DNA from: a virus
Lineage: Duplodnaviria; Caudoviricetes
Direction: 5' to 3' (one strand)
DNA: 52,742 bases
Virus record (IMG/VR): IMGVR_UViG_3300025141_000137
Coordinates: 1-52,742 of that record
Each line of letters opens with the position of its first letter. Positions within the stretch are counted from its first letter, which is position 1. The notes below the pieces were generated by a model that worked only from the letters and a program-made list of their open reading frames with translations, had not been told where the DNA came from and did not search any database. This document shows, one piece after another, positions 1 to 8,900 of the stretch. The position numbers and the translations under genes were made by a program.

Positions 1-408
1 TCTGCAGACATCCTTGCTGTGGACATCCAGAACTTCCCTCAGCCACATGCCCGGACGTCGATCCAGACTGACTTTTTGGAGTGGGGCCCGCCTCAACCGT
101 GCTTCGATCTCGTGATCGGGAACCCCCCTTACAAGGGGGCCGAGACATTCGTTGACCTTTCGATGCAGTGGCTGCGCCCCTCGGGCAGCTTGGCCTTCCT
201 CCTACGGATGGGCTTTCTCGCCTCAGTAAAGCGGTATGACTTGCTGGAGCGTTGGAAGCCCTCGCACATCTACACCCTTGCGGGGCGTCCCTCCTTCTAC
301 GGGGAGAACAACGACCGTTATGACTACGCCTTCATCGTGTGGCCTCGGACGCGCCCCGCTCTGACAGTTTGGGATCATGTAAAGACCCCAAAGAAGCGTA
401 GGACCTGA
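1..408 (+). CDS. Amino (N6-A/N4-C) DNA methyltransferase, 5' truncated
   Basis: DFL...FDLVIGNPPY catalytic motif and FLLRMGFLAS segment typical of small phage MTases; frame open back to base 1. Confidence 0.85.
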   Translation, partial: SADILAVDIQNFPQPHARTSIQTDFLEWGPPQPCFDLVIGNPPYKGAETFVDLSMQWLRPSGSLAFLLRMGFLASVKRYDLLERWKPSHIYTLAGRPSFYGENNDRYDYAFIVWPRTRPALTVWDHVKTPKKRRT

Positions 409-562
409 TTGAGAATGGGAGGCCCATATCTCCATGTCAGAAGTCTCGACCATTGGGGGGGCCTCTAGAGACATTGGCCCTGGTAGTTGAGCCGTCACGC
501 TCGCCGCTGTCGATAGGTCCCCTGCTTGAAGGGTGGCCACGCGAGCATCTTTTGGAGAAGTC

Positions 563-655
563 ATGGATCCCCAGGTAGTTGAAGCTCTACAAGAACTCCT
601 GGCCTGGGGAGTCAGCCTTCTCCTCCTTCTGCTCTACCTACTCGGAGAAGAATGA
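563..655 (+). CDS. Small single-TM protein (30 aa, MDPQVVEALQELLAWGVSLLLLLLYLLGEE)
   Basis: Read manually; GGAG upstream; stop overlaps next start (ATGA); below ORF-track cutoff. Confidence 0.55.
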   Translation: MDPQVVEALQELLAWGVSLLLLLLYLLGEE

Positions 656-1020
656 TGTGGATCGACACCATGCCCGCCATCCCGCTCGCCCGTGGGGTGC
701 CCGTTTTGTGGGACGGCGTCAGGGCCGTTTGCACGCATGGCTTCGGCAACGGCAGCGCCGAGATCGAGGTCCGACATCCCAACGGCACTCGCACGCAGCA
801 CGTGGTGGTGCCTCGGCAGGTGAGCGTCGATCTCGCTGACCCCCAGGGCTTCGGCTACGCGCTACGCTGGCTGCGCTACCGCAAGGGCACGGAGTACTTC
901 AGTAACATTGGCGGGCCTTGGTTGGTTGAGTCATGGCTTTCTGGTAAGACCACCGACACCGACCGCCTCGCGCTGGCACAGGCCATCGCTGAAGTGGTGG
1001 GAACCAATGGAGAAGAGTGA
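652..1020 (+). CDS. Hypothetical phage protein
   Basis: GGAG RBS, coupled to neighbours by 4-nt overlaps. Confidence 0.7.
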   Translation: MMWIDTMPAIPLARGVPVLWDGVRAVCTHGFGNGSAEIEVRHPNGTRTQHVVVPRQVSVDLADPQGFGYALRWLRYRKGTEYFSNIGGPWLVESWLSGKTTDTDRLALAQAIAEVVGTNGEE

Positions 1021-1226
1021 TGTGGATCGTGTGCTGGAGGCTCGGAGACACAGTGGGCAAGGGTCACCCCGGGGACAGGGCAACTGCCGTCAGTTGGGCC
1101 AAGGATGGCAACAAGCGGTGGGGCGCAGGAACCCACTGGGTAGTTCAGATCATCGAGGGGGGCGCGAAGCCCCTAAAACAGCAGCAACCCAAAAATGATG
1201 AGGATGGCTGCAGCGAGAGTCACTGA
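1017..1226 (+). CDS. Hypothetical protein
   Basis: GTGA overlap with upstream stop; 3' end overlaps convergent small ORF. Confidence 0.55.
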   Translation: MMWIVCWRLGDTVGKGHPGDRATAVSWAKDGNKRWGAGTHWVVQIIEGGAKPLKQQQPKNDEDGCSESH

Positions 1227-1286
1227 GGAGATGAACTCCAGGCTCTTCTCGTCATCCAGCCACTTCTTCAGCTTCTGCAGCAGCAT
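1173..1286 (-). CDS. Small membrane protein (37 aa, MLLQKLKKWLDDEKSLEFISSVTLAAAILIIFGLLLF)
   Basis: Read manually; AGGGAG SD upstream; charged N-terminus plus C-terminal hydrophobic helix; last gene of the lysis block. Confidence 0.6.
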   Translation of the reverse strand: MLLQKLKKWLDDEKSLEFISSVTLAAAILIIFGLLLF

Positions 1287-1298
1287 TGGCGACTCCCT

Positions 1299-1342
1299 AT
1301 AAAATAATAAAGGGTGACCCCTCGATATGAGAGATCACCCTT
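1299..1342 (-). terminator. Intrinsic terminator
   Basis: AAGGGTGA...TCACCCTT stem (1310-1342) followed on minus strand by TATTATTTTAT. Confidence 0.75.
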
Positions 1343-1403
1343 AGACAGTAGAGCTTAACCTTGTTGCTACTTCAACGCATTACCCAAGTGCTATGCCCTA
1401 CTG
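1299..1403 (-). ncRNA. Candidate ~105-nt structured RNA
   Basis: Long hairpin 1403-1346 (CAGUAGGGC/GCUCUACUG plus inner UAGC/GUUA, CUUG/CAAG) between a sigma70-like promoter and a terminator; no ORF. Confidence 0.4.
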
Positions 1404-1408
1404 ATATT

Positions 1409-1437
1409 ATGTTACTTACTTATTCATCATCGGGCAA
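1409..1437 (-). promoter_or_regulatory. Sigma70-like promoter
   Basis: TTGCCC-17 nt-TAACAT on minus strand; predicted +1 at the hairpin start. Confidence 0.45.
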
Positions 1438-1701
1438 GAAGGGAATGTTATCCTCTGTCACTTCTTCCTTTATTTCTGTGGCAGCATTAGCGACTCCCTT
1501 GGCAGCTTCTCCGAGCTTGGCGCCAGCAGCCACGGTGGCAGCGGCATCCACAACGCCCTGGCCCACAACGTAGGCAGCCACGAGACCAAACAGGGCCTCG
1601 GCGTTCTCTGCGGGCAGTTCCACGCCCAGGAACGTGCTGATGGCGACGAGGGCCATCCCGATAACGGTCAGAATGAGCTTACGAGAGGCGAGCTTTTCCA
1701 T
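1420..1701 (-). CDS. Holin
   Basis: Two hydrophobic segments, SRK N-terminal and AYVVGQGVVD motifs, near endolysin. Confidence 0.75.
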   Translation of the reverse strand: MEKLASRKLILTVIGMALVAISTFLGVELPAENAEALFGLVAAYVVGQGVVDAAATVAAGAKLGEAAKGVANAATEIKEEVTEDNIPFLPDDE

Positions 1702-2094
1702 CTAATCCCCCTGCCTTGCGGCTTTCCGGTCCTCCCTCTTATCCTGTCGAGTGAACCACCACACCTGAACTGCTGCCCTGCGCTTCTCCCGCCGGGCTTT
1801 GCGTTTTGCCCGCCGGTCTGGATCCATAGCAAGCCGGAGCACAAGTTCAGCCATCCAAGCAGCGATGTCGCCATCGTGCTCTTCCAGGAAAGGCCCAAGA
1901 GGGCCGAGTTCCAGGCTCTCGAAGTCGATCAGGACATCCACGACATTGCCAATGATCTCTGCAGCGGTACCCGTCTCGCCCGTGGCATCCAGGGCAGCGT
2001 CGGCCACAGCAAGTAGCCCGGACTCCTCAGCGATCTCTGCTCCAGCAGCAATGACATCCGTGGGCAGCTTGGAGAGGTCGAGGGTTTCCATCAT
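1702..2094 (-). CDS. Hypothetical protein in lysis cluster (acidic body, basic tail)
   Basis: ORF 1702-2124; start placed at TGATG overlap with amidase stop, GGAG upstream. Confidence 0.7.
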   Translation of the reverse strand: MMETLDLSKLPTDVIAAGAEIAEESGLLAVADAALDATGETGTAAEIIGNVVDVLIDFESLELGPLGPFLEEHDGDIAAWMAELVLRLAMDPDRRAKRKARREKRRAAVQVWWFTRQDKREDRKAARQGD

Positions 2095-2708
2095 CAACTC
2101 CGATTCTTGATCCAGGCGAGGCAACCCTCGCCAAGGACTTCCCCAATCCGGGTCAGCCCGCCAGGGGTCAGTAGTGGCCGGTGCTCATCCGTATCCATGA
2201 AGCATGGCTCAAAGCACACGCCGGACAGATTTCCAGGGCCGGCATAAATCCCAGCGTAGGTGGAGAAGGCCCGGGTTCCTTGCCCAGCAGGGACAGCTTT
2301 CCCCTTGGACAGTTCCTCGAACTCCTCATCAAGCGTTCCAGCCAGGGTAACTGCCAATCCCCGCCCGCCACGGCTCCGGGGATCGTGCAGCACAGCCGCA
2401 TAGCGTCCCCCGCCTGCATTCAGGTGACAGCCGATATATGCGACCGGGGCACCATCTGCGGCACCAGCGATTGCTCCCGCGTAGGCATGGCGAGCCTTGT
2501 AGCTCCCCCACTTCAGGACCACGACTTCCACGCCCTGCGCTTCCAGGTAATCCCGAGCACTGGCAATGTAGAGGGGAGTCAGGTTCGCCTCGAACTCGTG
2601 AGCCTCAACAAAGCCATCTCCATCCAGGTCAGCGCGGGCACCCAGGTCACCGCGCCCCCCGGGCTTCCCGTGGTGCTGGCGATCCAAGATAACGATTGGC
2701 TGTCCCAT
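2094..2708 (-). CDS. Endolysin, N-acetylmuramoyl-L-alanine amidase (Amidase_3-like)
   Basis: ILDRQHHG, E, GCHLNA and VCFEPCFMD match the H/E/H zinc ligands and catalytic E. Confidence 0.85.
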   Translation of the reverse strand: MGQPIVILDRQHHGKPGGRGDLGARADLDGDGFVEAHEFEANLTPLYIASARDYLEAQGVEVVVLKWGSYKARHAYAGAIAGAADGAPVAYIGCHLNAGGGRYAAVLHDPRSRGGRGLAVTLAGTLDEEFEELSKGKAVPAGQGTRAFSTYAGIYAGPGNLSGVCFEPCFMDTDEHRPLLTPGGLTRIGEVLGEGCLAWIKNRS

Positions 2709-2715
2709 TTTTAGC

Positions 2716-2988
2716 TCACTTCACGGGCACTAAGAGTGGGCTGATCTCGCTGGTATCGGTTGGAGCCGCTTCGACATCGGCTGTTGCGGGCTCACAGATG
2801 TCTTCGGCGTACACCTCGTTCGCCTCGTAGGCTTCAATGAGCGCCATCAGTCCATCGACGTTGATTGCCTGGAGCACTTCTTGCTTGGCTTCCATCGTCT
2901 GAATGAGTGCCTGGGCTTCCTGCTCTGCGACGGGGGGCGCTGGATCTGCAGCGTGCAAGACGGATACGAACAGGATGGAAAGCATCAC
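2716..2988 (-). CDS. Small exported protein
   Basis: Hydrophobic N-terminal signal-like peptide; abuts upstream stop. Confidence 0.6.
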   Translation of the reverse strand: MMLSILFVSVLHAADPAPPVAEQEAQALIQTMEAKQEVLQAINVDGLMALIEAYEANEVYAEDICEPATADVEAAPTDTSEISPLLVPVK

Positions 2989-3318
2989 TCACTCCGTGGC
3001 TGTGCAAGACGACGGAGGATCGCCGCCTGACCGGGTAACCAGATCGCAGAGCATGGCATGGTCATCTTCGACCAGAGCTTGGAGCGCTTGGCCCTGCTGC
3101 TGCGTGAAAAAGGGGTAGGTCTTGTCATCGAGACCGAACTGGCGCAAGACTTCCATGCTTGCTGTAATAGCCACGAGGATGAGCGTGAGCCGTCCGATGG
3201 TCCCAGATACATCCCCAGCAACCAACTGGCGTAGCCCTCGCAATACGAGGTCTGCGCCTGTTTCTTTTTTGGGCTCTTCCCCGGAGACTTCCTGCTCGTT
3301 CGATTCGTCGGACATCAT
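2989..3318 (-). CDS. Single-TM membrane protein in lysis cluster
   Basis: LTLILVAITAS hydrophobic stretch; GAGGGG RBS. Confidence 0.65.
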   Translation of the reverse strand: MMSDESNEQEVSGEEPKKETGADLVLRGLRQLVAGDVSGTIGRLTLILVAITASMEVLRQFGLDDKTYPFFTQQQGQALQALVEDDHAMLCDLVTRSGGDPPSSCTATE

Positions 3319-3333
3319 GTCCCCTCGTCAGCA

Positions 3334-3591
3334 TCAGTCTGAACAAGCCAGCAGCAGCGCAGCCTGTGCGGGAGTCAATCCCTCCGCTTCTAACACCTCC
3401 CCGAGGTTCCCCCCGAAGCGAGATTCCAGAGACCAACGCTCGATCAGCGCAGTAAGGCGCTCCTCTCCCTCCCATCCGACACCCTGCTCCTCTAGCAAGC
3501 GGGCCTCTTCGACGAGAGCCTGCATTGAGACGGTATCCGCCGCATCCTTGAGAGCAGCAGAAGCGCCACCATATCGGTCAAAGTCACTCAC
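3334..3591 (-). CDS. Hypothetical protein
   Basis: ORF 3334-3651; start placed at GTGA overlap with upstream stop. Confidence 0.6.
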   Translation of the reverse strand: MSDFDRYGGASAALKDAADTVSMQALVEEARLLEEQGVGWEGEERLTALIERWSLESRFGGNLGEVLEAEGLTPAQAALLLACSD

Positions 3592-4649
3592 GAGGATGGT
3601 CCGTCGTATTGAGGCATGAACTTGTAGTAGACTTTCAGCGCCTGAGTCCAACCCGAGGCCATGCCTCCAGCGACGGAACCAATGCCGCAGAAGATCTGGG
3701 GTGAGGTCCCGAAGTCCTCATTCATGGAAGTTTGCACGGCACTGTCTGTGGTGACCCCGGCAGCCGATTGTGCATTAACGATCTGGATCGCCCAGACCGA
3801 GGATCCTTCAGGCTCCCACCGCAGCACTACGCCCTCGAATCGTTGCGGATCGTCTGAAGCGACGTTGCCGCTGACATTCCTTGACGAGCCTGCCTTACAG
3901 GAGACCGCTTTGATGACCCCGGTGCTCGTCCGGTCCACCCCACATGCGATCCCCTCGTTAGACCCGAAGGTATCGTTTTCAGTCAGGCCCGCGTAGACCC
4001 CGTTCTGGCTGGAATCCGCAGCGGCAATCTCATCAGCGTCGGTGACAAGGATGATGGAGTAGGCAGAGAACATCATGTCATCAAATGAAGCTGCCGAGCA
4101 GATGGGGCTGGTGAATCCCATGCAGAACCCGTCCGTTCCCGCTTGGTACATATTGCACTTCTGAGCGCCATCAATCGCCAACGTAGGGTTCGTGGGGGTA
4201 GAGAAGTCCTCGTTGGGTTCGTCCCGGGCGTCTACAGAGCCAACAGTTGTGGTGGCATAGGTCCTCGTAGTCCAATCGTGAAGGATGTGGCCGCTGTCGG
4301 TCCCGATCTGGATGACGTGCTTGACCGTGACGGTGCCATCAGTACAGGCAGCAACCCAGTTTCCGGCAAGCCACTTGTCGTCGTCCAGCCCGTTGTAGGG
4401 GGTCCAGGTGACTGAGGCAGTATCCTCAGCAGATAACCGGGAAGTCTGGCTAACTCCTGTCGGATCTGTGAGGGTCCAGGAATAAGACCCACCACCCCCC
4501 TCTACCGTGCTCGTGACTTGGGCCAGGGTGTCCTGCTGAACGACCAGCCCCCCGGCGATGGCGAGATTAGAACCACTCCCCCCGCCAGACCCATAAAGTC
4601 TCGTACCGTAGGGAGTCCCAACTGAGGAGAGAAAAGGGCCAGAAGCCAT
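3588..4649 (-). CDS. Virion structural protein, fibre/receptor-binding-like
   Basis: G/S/T-rich beta-type composition, Ig-like YSWTLT segment, end of structural operon. Confidence 0.55.
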   Translation of the reverse strand: MASGPFLSSVGTPYGTRLYGSGGGSGSNLAIAGGLVVQQDTLAQVTSTVEGGGGSYSWTLTDPTGVSQTSRLSAEDTASVTWTPYNGLDDDKWLAGNWVAACTDGTVTVKHVIQIGTDSGHILHDWTTRTYATTTVGSVDARDEPNEDFSTPTNPTLAIDGAQKCNMYQAGTDGFCMGFTSPICSAASFDDMMFSAYSIILVTDADEIAAADSSQNGVYAGLTENDTFGSNEGIACGVDRTSTGVIKAVSCKAGSSRNVSGNVASDDPQRFEGVVLRWEPEGSSVWAIQIVNAQSAAGVTTDSAVQTSMNEDFGTSPQIFCGIGSVAGGMASGWTQALKVYYKFMPQYDGPSS

Positions 4650-4652
4650 TAG

Positions 4653-5096
4653 TTACCCTCCGCGAGTTCTGGTCCAGTAGAGCCGAACTTCAGTCAGGTC
4701 GAGAGTTCCGGAATCAACCTTCGTCATCGCATACAGCTTCCCAGGCACAGAGCGATCTGTGATCTGGTAAGCCACATCGAGACCGACCGCAGTGGCTTTC
4801 AACGTGGCGTCTGTCAGCCCCGAGACGAGAGACAGAGCGGCAGACTGCCCACTGAAGGGGTAGTCCCCCAAGACATCGTGCATCAGGTAGAACGTCAGCG
4901 TTGTGGGCGAGCCCGAAGCGACATCTCCTTGAAACTCGATGTGGGACAGGTAGGCAGAACCGGGCAGCGCGGCTGCATTAGCGTCGAGCGTACCTGTCCC
5001 GTCCATCGTGACGATCTTGGCGAGCGCAAAGGACGTGCCCACCGCTGAGACGGCGGCATTCGTACAGATAAAGCCGCGAGAAGAGGCAACAGCCAT
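4653..5096 (-). CDS. Putative virion structural protein
   Basis: AGGAG RBS, beta-rich composition, synteny. Confidence 0.55.
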   Translation of the reverse strand: MAVASSRGFICTNAAVSAVGTSFALAKIVTMDGTGTLDANAAALPGSAYLSHIEFQGDVASGSPTTLTFYLMHDVLGDYPFSGQSAALSLVSGLTDATLKATAVGLDVAYQITDRSVPGKLYAMTKVDSGTLDLTEVRLYWTRTRGG

Positions 5097-5105
5097 GCGT
5101 CACTC

Positions 5106-5888
5106 CTACCCGTTGGTTCCGCCGTCATTGATGATCTGACGCCACACCAGCACACCAGCAACCTGCACCCCGATGTAGACTGAGGTATCCCCCGCATCGG
5201 CGGCGGTCCAAGTTGTGTGGGCACTCATGTTGAAGCCGTTGGTGACTGTCAGTGTGAGGGTTCCACCATCAACATCCAAAGAAACCGCAATCTGCTGACC
5301 AGCGAAGGTTGGGATGGGGAGTGTCCGTCCGTGCCCACCAGTCGTAGTGATCGCACAGGTTCCGGAGTGGGTGACCGGAATCACGCCGCCGTCGCCTCCA
5401 GGGTCCGCGATGGCAAGGCCGTAGCCCCCAGAGGAAGCGTCCGTCAGCCCAGGGGCCAAGAGGATGGCACCTGTCGTGGCGTGGTCTTCCAGGACCGTTC
5501 CGATTCGGATCTTGGTTGCATTAGTGCCAGCAGCGGCGGTGACTGGTGCAGTGAGTGACCAACCACCCGCCGTGCCCGAGAGGTAAACGGGAGCGCCCGC
5601 AGCGGAGGATGCGCTGGTATTGACGCCCGTGACGGTCTTCCAGGGAAGGGCAAAACCGTAGTCCCCGTTAGCAATGTCGTGGTTGGCCACGAACAGGTTG
5701 CCGATGGCCCGCAAGGGAATGTCAGCGTCTGCCAGAGAGACCTGGATGTGAGAACCAGAGCGGCCACTCACGTAGACGATGTCGTTCGCGGAGATTGCCA
5801 CTCCGCTGCTGTTTTGGACCTGGATTGCAGAGCCCCAAGGGACATCCAGGGAGGGACCGACGTGCTTCTGCTTGATTGGGCGTGCCAT
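5106..5888 (-). CDS. Putative head/tail fibre or cement-like protein
   Basis: NxSG..I..NDIVYV and GAPVYLSGTAGG segments typical of capsid cement/fibre base domains; AAGGAG RBS. Confidence 0.6.
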   Translation of the reverse strand: MARPIKQKHVGPSLDVPWGSAIQVQNSSGVAISANDIVYVSGRSGSHIQVSLADADIPLRAIGNLFVANHDIANGDYGFALPWKTVTGVNTSASSAAGAPVYLSGTAGGWSLTAPVTAAAGTNATKIRIGTVLEDHATTGAILLAPGLTDASSGGYGLAIADPGGDGGVIPVTHSGTCAITTTGGHGRTLPIPTFAGQQIAVSLDVDGGTLTLTVTNGFNMSAHTTWTAADAGDTSVYIGVQVAGVLVWRQIINDGGTNG

Positions 5889-5976
5889 GATGACTCCTTC
5901 TTCAGGCAGTCCCCCCTCCGGCGCTACCGTCTGAGGGACCGCTCAGCTACCATGCTGAGCTCAGGACTACCCTACC

Positions 5977-8900
5977 TCACTTCACATCAGGAGGCAACGG
6001 GTAGCGTCTCTCTTCTGGGAGCCGAGTGTGCTCAGGAGCCAGTTCTTCTCGGTGGGGAGAGCGGGACATTTTCTCTGCGAGAGCCTTTAGCTCGTACTCA
6101 GCCTGCTTGGGCGCGTCGTAGTGGTACTCCGCCCCGAAGCGCGTGTAGTAGCGGAAAGCGTATTCCCAAGCTGCCCTATTCTTGGGGACATACGTCAGAG
6201 GATTCAACAGCGAACCGCCGGACTCCATGTAGGGGTTGGTAGCAACGCCCCCCGCCAAGTAGGGCGCCTGGGTTCCGAGGACCGGAACGGTCCTCATCAT
6301 CAGGTGTGCCCAGACCGGGATCTTCATCTTCCCGGTGTCCTCGTCGGGAATCATCAGCGCTCGGCTTTTCTCGAACCGGCCCAGGATGCGCTCTTCTGCG
6401 GGCGTGAGCGTCCGGTAGTCGCTCCGGTTGGAGTAGGAGAGCGCAAGGCCCATTCGGTCACCTACCCACCTGAATGCCATCTCAAGCGGTGGGAAAGTCA
6501 TCCCGAGGAGGGGCTCAAAAGCCATGGCATCCATCTCGTCCGGACGCTCGGAGGGGTCTCTCCAAGGCGCGGCCTTCTCATACGCCCAGGTCATCAACGT
6601 GAGCCCAGCGTTTGCCATGGCAAAGCTGTCGAGCATCGTGAAGGGCGGAAGGATGTAGGCAGTATGCGTGGCCTCTTTACCCAGGTTGTCCCTGAGCCAC
6701 TGGCGCTTGGCAGTGGAGGCCCCCGCTGCTCCAAGGATTGCCCGTGAGTCCATCCACCGTGGGTACATCCGCTTGTAAAGCTCGTCCATCTGCTCGGCGT
6801 GCCCGATGGCCTCGTCAGGGTCTCCCCCAAAGAACAAGTCGGGCAGTCCGCTGGTGATGGCAACCTGCTGTCGGGCACGGGCCAACCGGGTGCGTCCTGT
6901 CAGCGCCCGTGCCATGTACTCACCCGCAGGCCGAGTGAAGGGTTCAATGGCCGCGCCAGTTGCCTGCTTCATGGCCAGTCGCCAGAAGCGGTAGAAGGGG
7001 ATCATGCGGACGATCCAGAGGTCCATCTCCTTCCGAGCCAAGCCATGTTTCCAGTCGTACAGAGCGCTGAGGGTGCGCTTCTTGGCTTCTGCCCGGGTTG
7101 CTCCCCGCTGGATGAGGTCCAGGTAGAACGCCGAACGCTGACGTTGCTGCACGATGGAAGCCTGTTCACTCAGGCTTCGCTGCCAGCCCTTGGCCTTCTT
7201 GAAGGTTTCCATGAAGGGGCTGTTGACGAGCCTCGAACTTGTGAGGTACTTCAGGACCTCCTCATGCACAAAGGTGTCGAGGATCCCATCGTCAGTGAGC
7301 CACTTCCGCGCTTCAGAGAACTGCGTGACTCTGTTGCCCTTGCTGACAAAGAAGCCATCTTCTCCTCGGAAGAACCTACCCAGCGCTGGGTTGAAGAAAA
7401 CCTCCGTGACGGAGGGGAGCCCCGCTTTTCGCCCGGCTTTGTCGAGCCCCTCTGCCGCGTTGAGCAGAACCTCTTGGAAACGGCGGCCCGGAGCCCCAAA
7501 GTTCGTCAGGACGTTCTGGAAAGAGAGCAGGCCCGAGCGTGCAACCCCAACCTCTGCCCACATCTGAGAGAAGTCTCCAACAATGTTGTTGGTCCAATAG
7601 CGGACGTTGGGGACGGCTACCCCGGTGATGGTCGAGACCTTCCAGGCAGAGATGAGTTCGCTAGTGAAGTCGATACCCAAGACGGGCTGGTCAGTTGGGA
7701 GCCGAGCGAGAGCCGTCAAGTCCTTGACGTAGCCTCGATACGACTCCTCCACGGCATCCATGAGTGCCTTTGGGACGATGACGTTCTCTCCAATCTCAAC
7801 GAGCTTCCTCTGAATCTTTTGGCCATTCTGCACGATTCGATGCACGTCTTCCGTGAAGGGCAGCCCCATCTTGACGGAAGCTCTGGCAGCGGCCTCCAGC
7901 CCCTCCGAGCCCAGATGAGTCGTCTCTCCTGAGAGGACACGGTTCAACTGACGCCCCTCGTCCATGGTGATCAAACCACCCGCCATCTGCTTCACATGCG
8001 TGCCGAGCCGGTCGTGGGCTACGCCAGCAAGGACCGCCATGGCGCTCTTTCGGACCCCATCCTCGTCGCTCGCAACATCTCCGAAGACGGCCAGCGTCCT
8101 CTTCTTCATCTCCATCGTGAAGTCGTCAAACGTGCCCTCGCCCTTCTTGATGAGGTCTATGGCAAAGCTACGGAGGAGAGCCTCGCTTCTGGGGGCGGCC
8201 TTAGTTCCGGTAGCCACCCAGGCATACCCCAGGGTCTTGATCATCAAGTTGACTTCCCCAAGCCCACTCAGAGCGTGGACCAAGCCCTCATCTGTAAGGT
8301 CGCCAACCAGCTTCTCTATGGAGGCAATATCGACAAGCCCCTCCTCTGCCACGGCATTCTGGACTTGCTTCAGCGCACCCTCCCGCTTCGTGGTTGCTCG
8401 GAAGAGGAAATCTGCTACCTCCGCTGGATCTCGGTAGCTGGCAGAGGCGATCCCCCGCAGGCCCGCATCCCAGACGAGTTCCCCCTTGAGGAGAACCTGG
8501 AGGAGAGACTTCCCCTCCTTGAGTGAAATCTCGGTGAGGGGCTTGTCGATGTAGTCGCGGAGGACTTGGAGGGGGTTTTTTGCCCGGGAGGTCACCTCAA
8601 AGACTTCCTTCTGGGCCAAGTCGAGGGTGTTCTCGAAGAGCCGAAGCCCATCTGCCATACCCTCACCGACCGCTCCTACATTTGCCTCGACGTAGTCCGT
8701 CTTCCGACGGAGTTGTTTGATGTAAGCCCCAACCTTTTGGAGGCGGTCTCCACGGCTGGCAACTCCCAAGTCCTGCCAAGACCCCCAGATCATGGCTCCG
8801 ACGACCCGAGTGGCCTCGGTCGCCCGTTTTGTCTCGATCACCATCACGGTGTTGCTGATGATGTCCTGGATCTGTGCAGCTTGAGCCTTGGTCAGATCCT

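Larger units (their letters stand above)
1261..1499. repeat. Imperfect direct repeat (1261-1298 vs 1459-1499) bounding a 201-bp AT-rich insert
   Basis: GCAGCATTGGCGACTCCCT (1280-1298) vs GCAGCATTAGCGACTCCCT (1481-1499), 18/19 identical; both preceded by CACTTCTTC. Confidence 0.85.

Noticed and set aside
223-564. Minus-strand 113-aa ORF
   Set aside because: Overlaps the methyltransferase antisense, no motif or clear RBS
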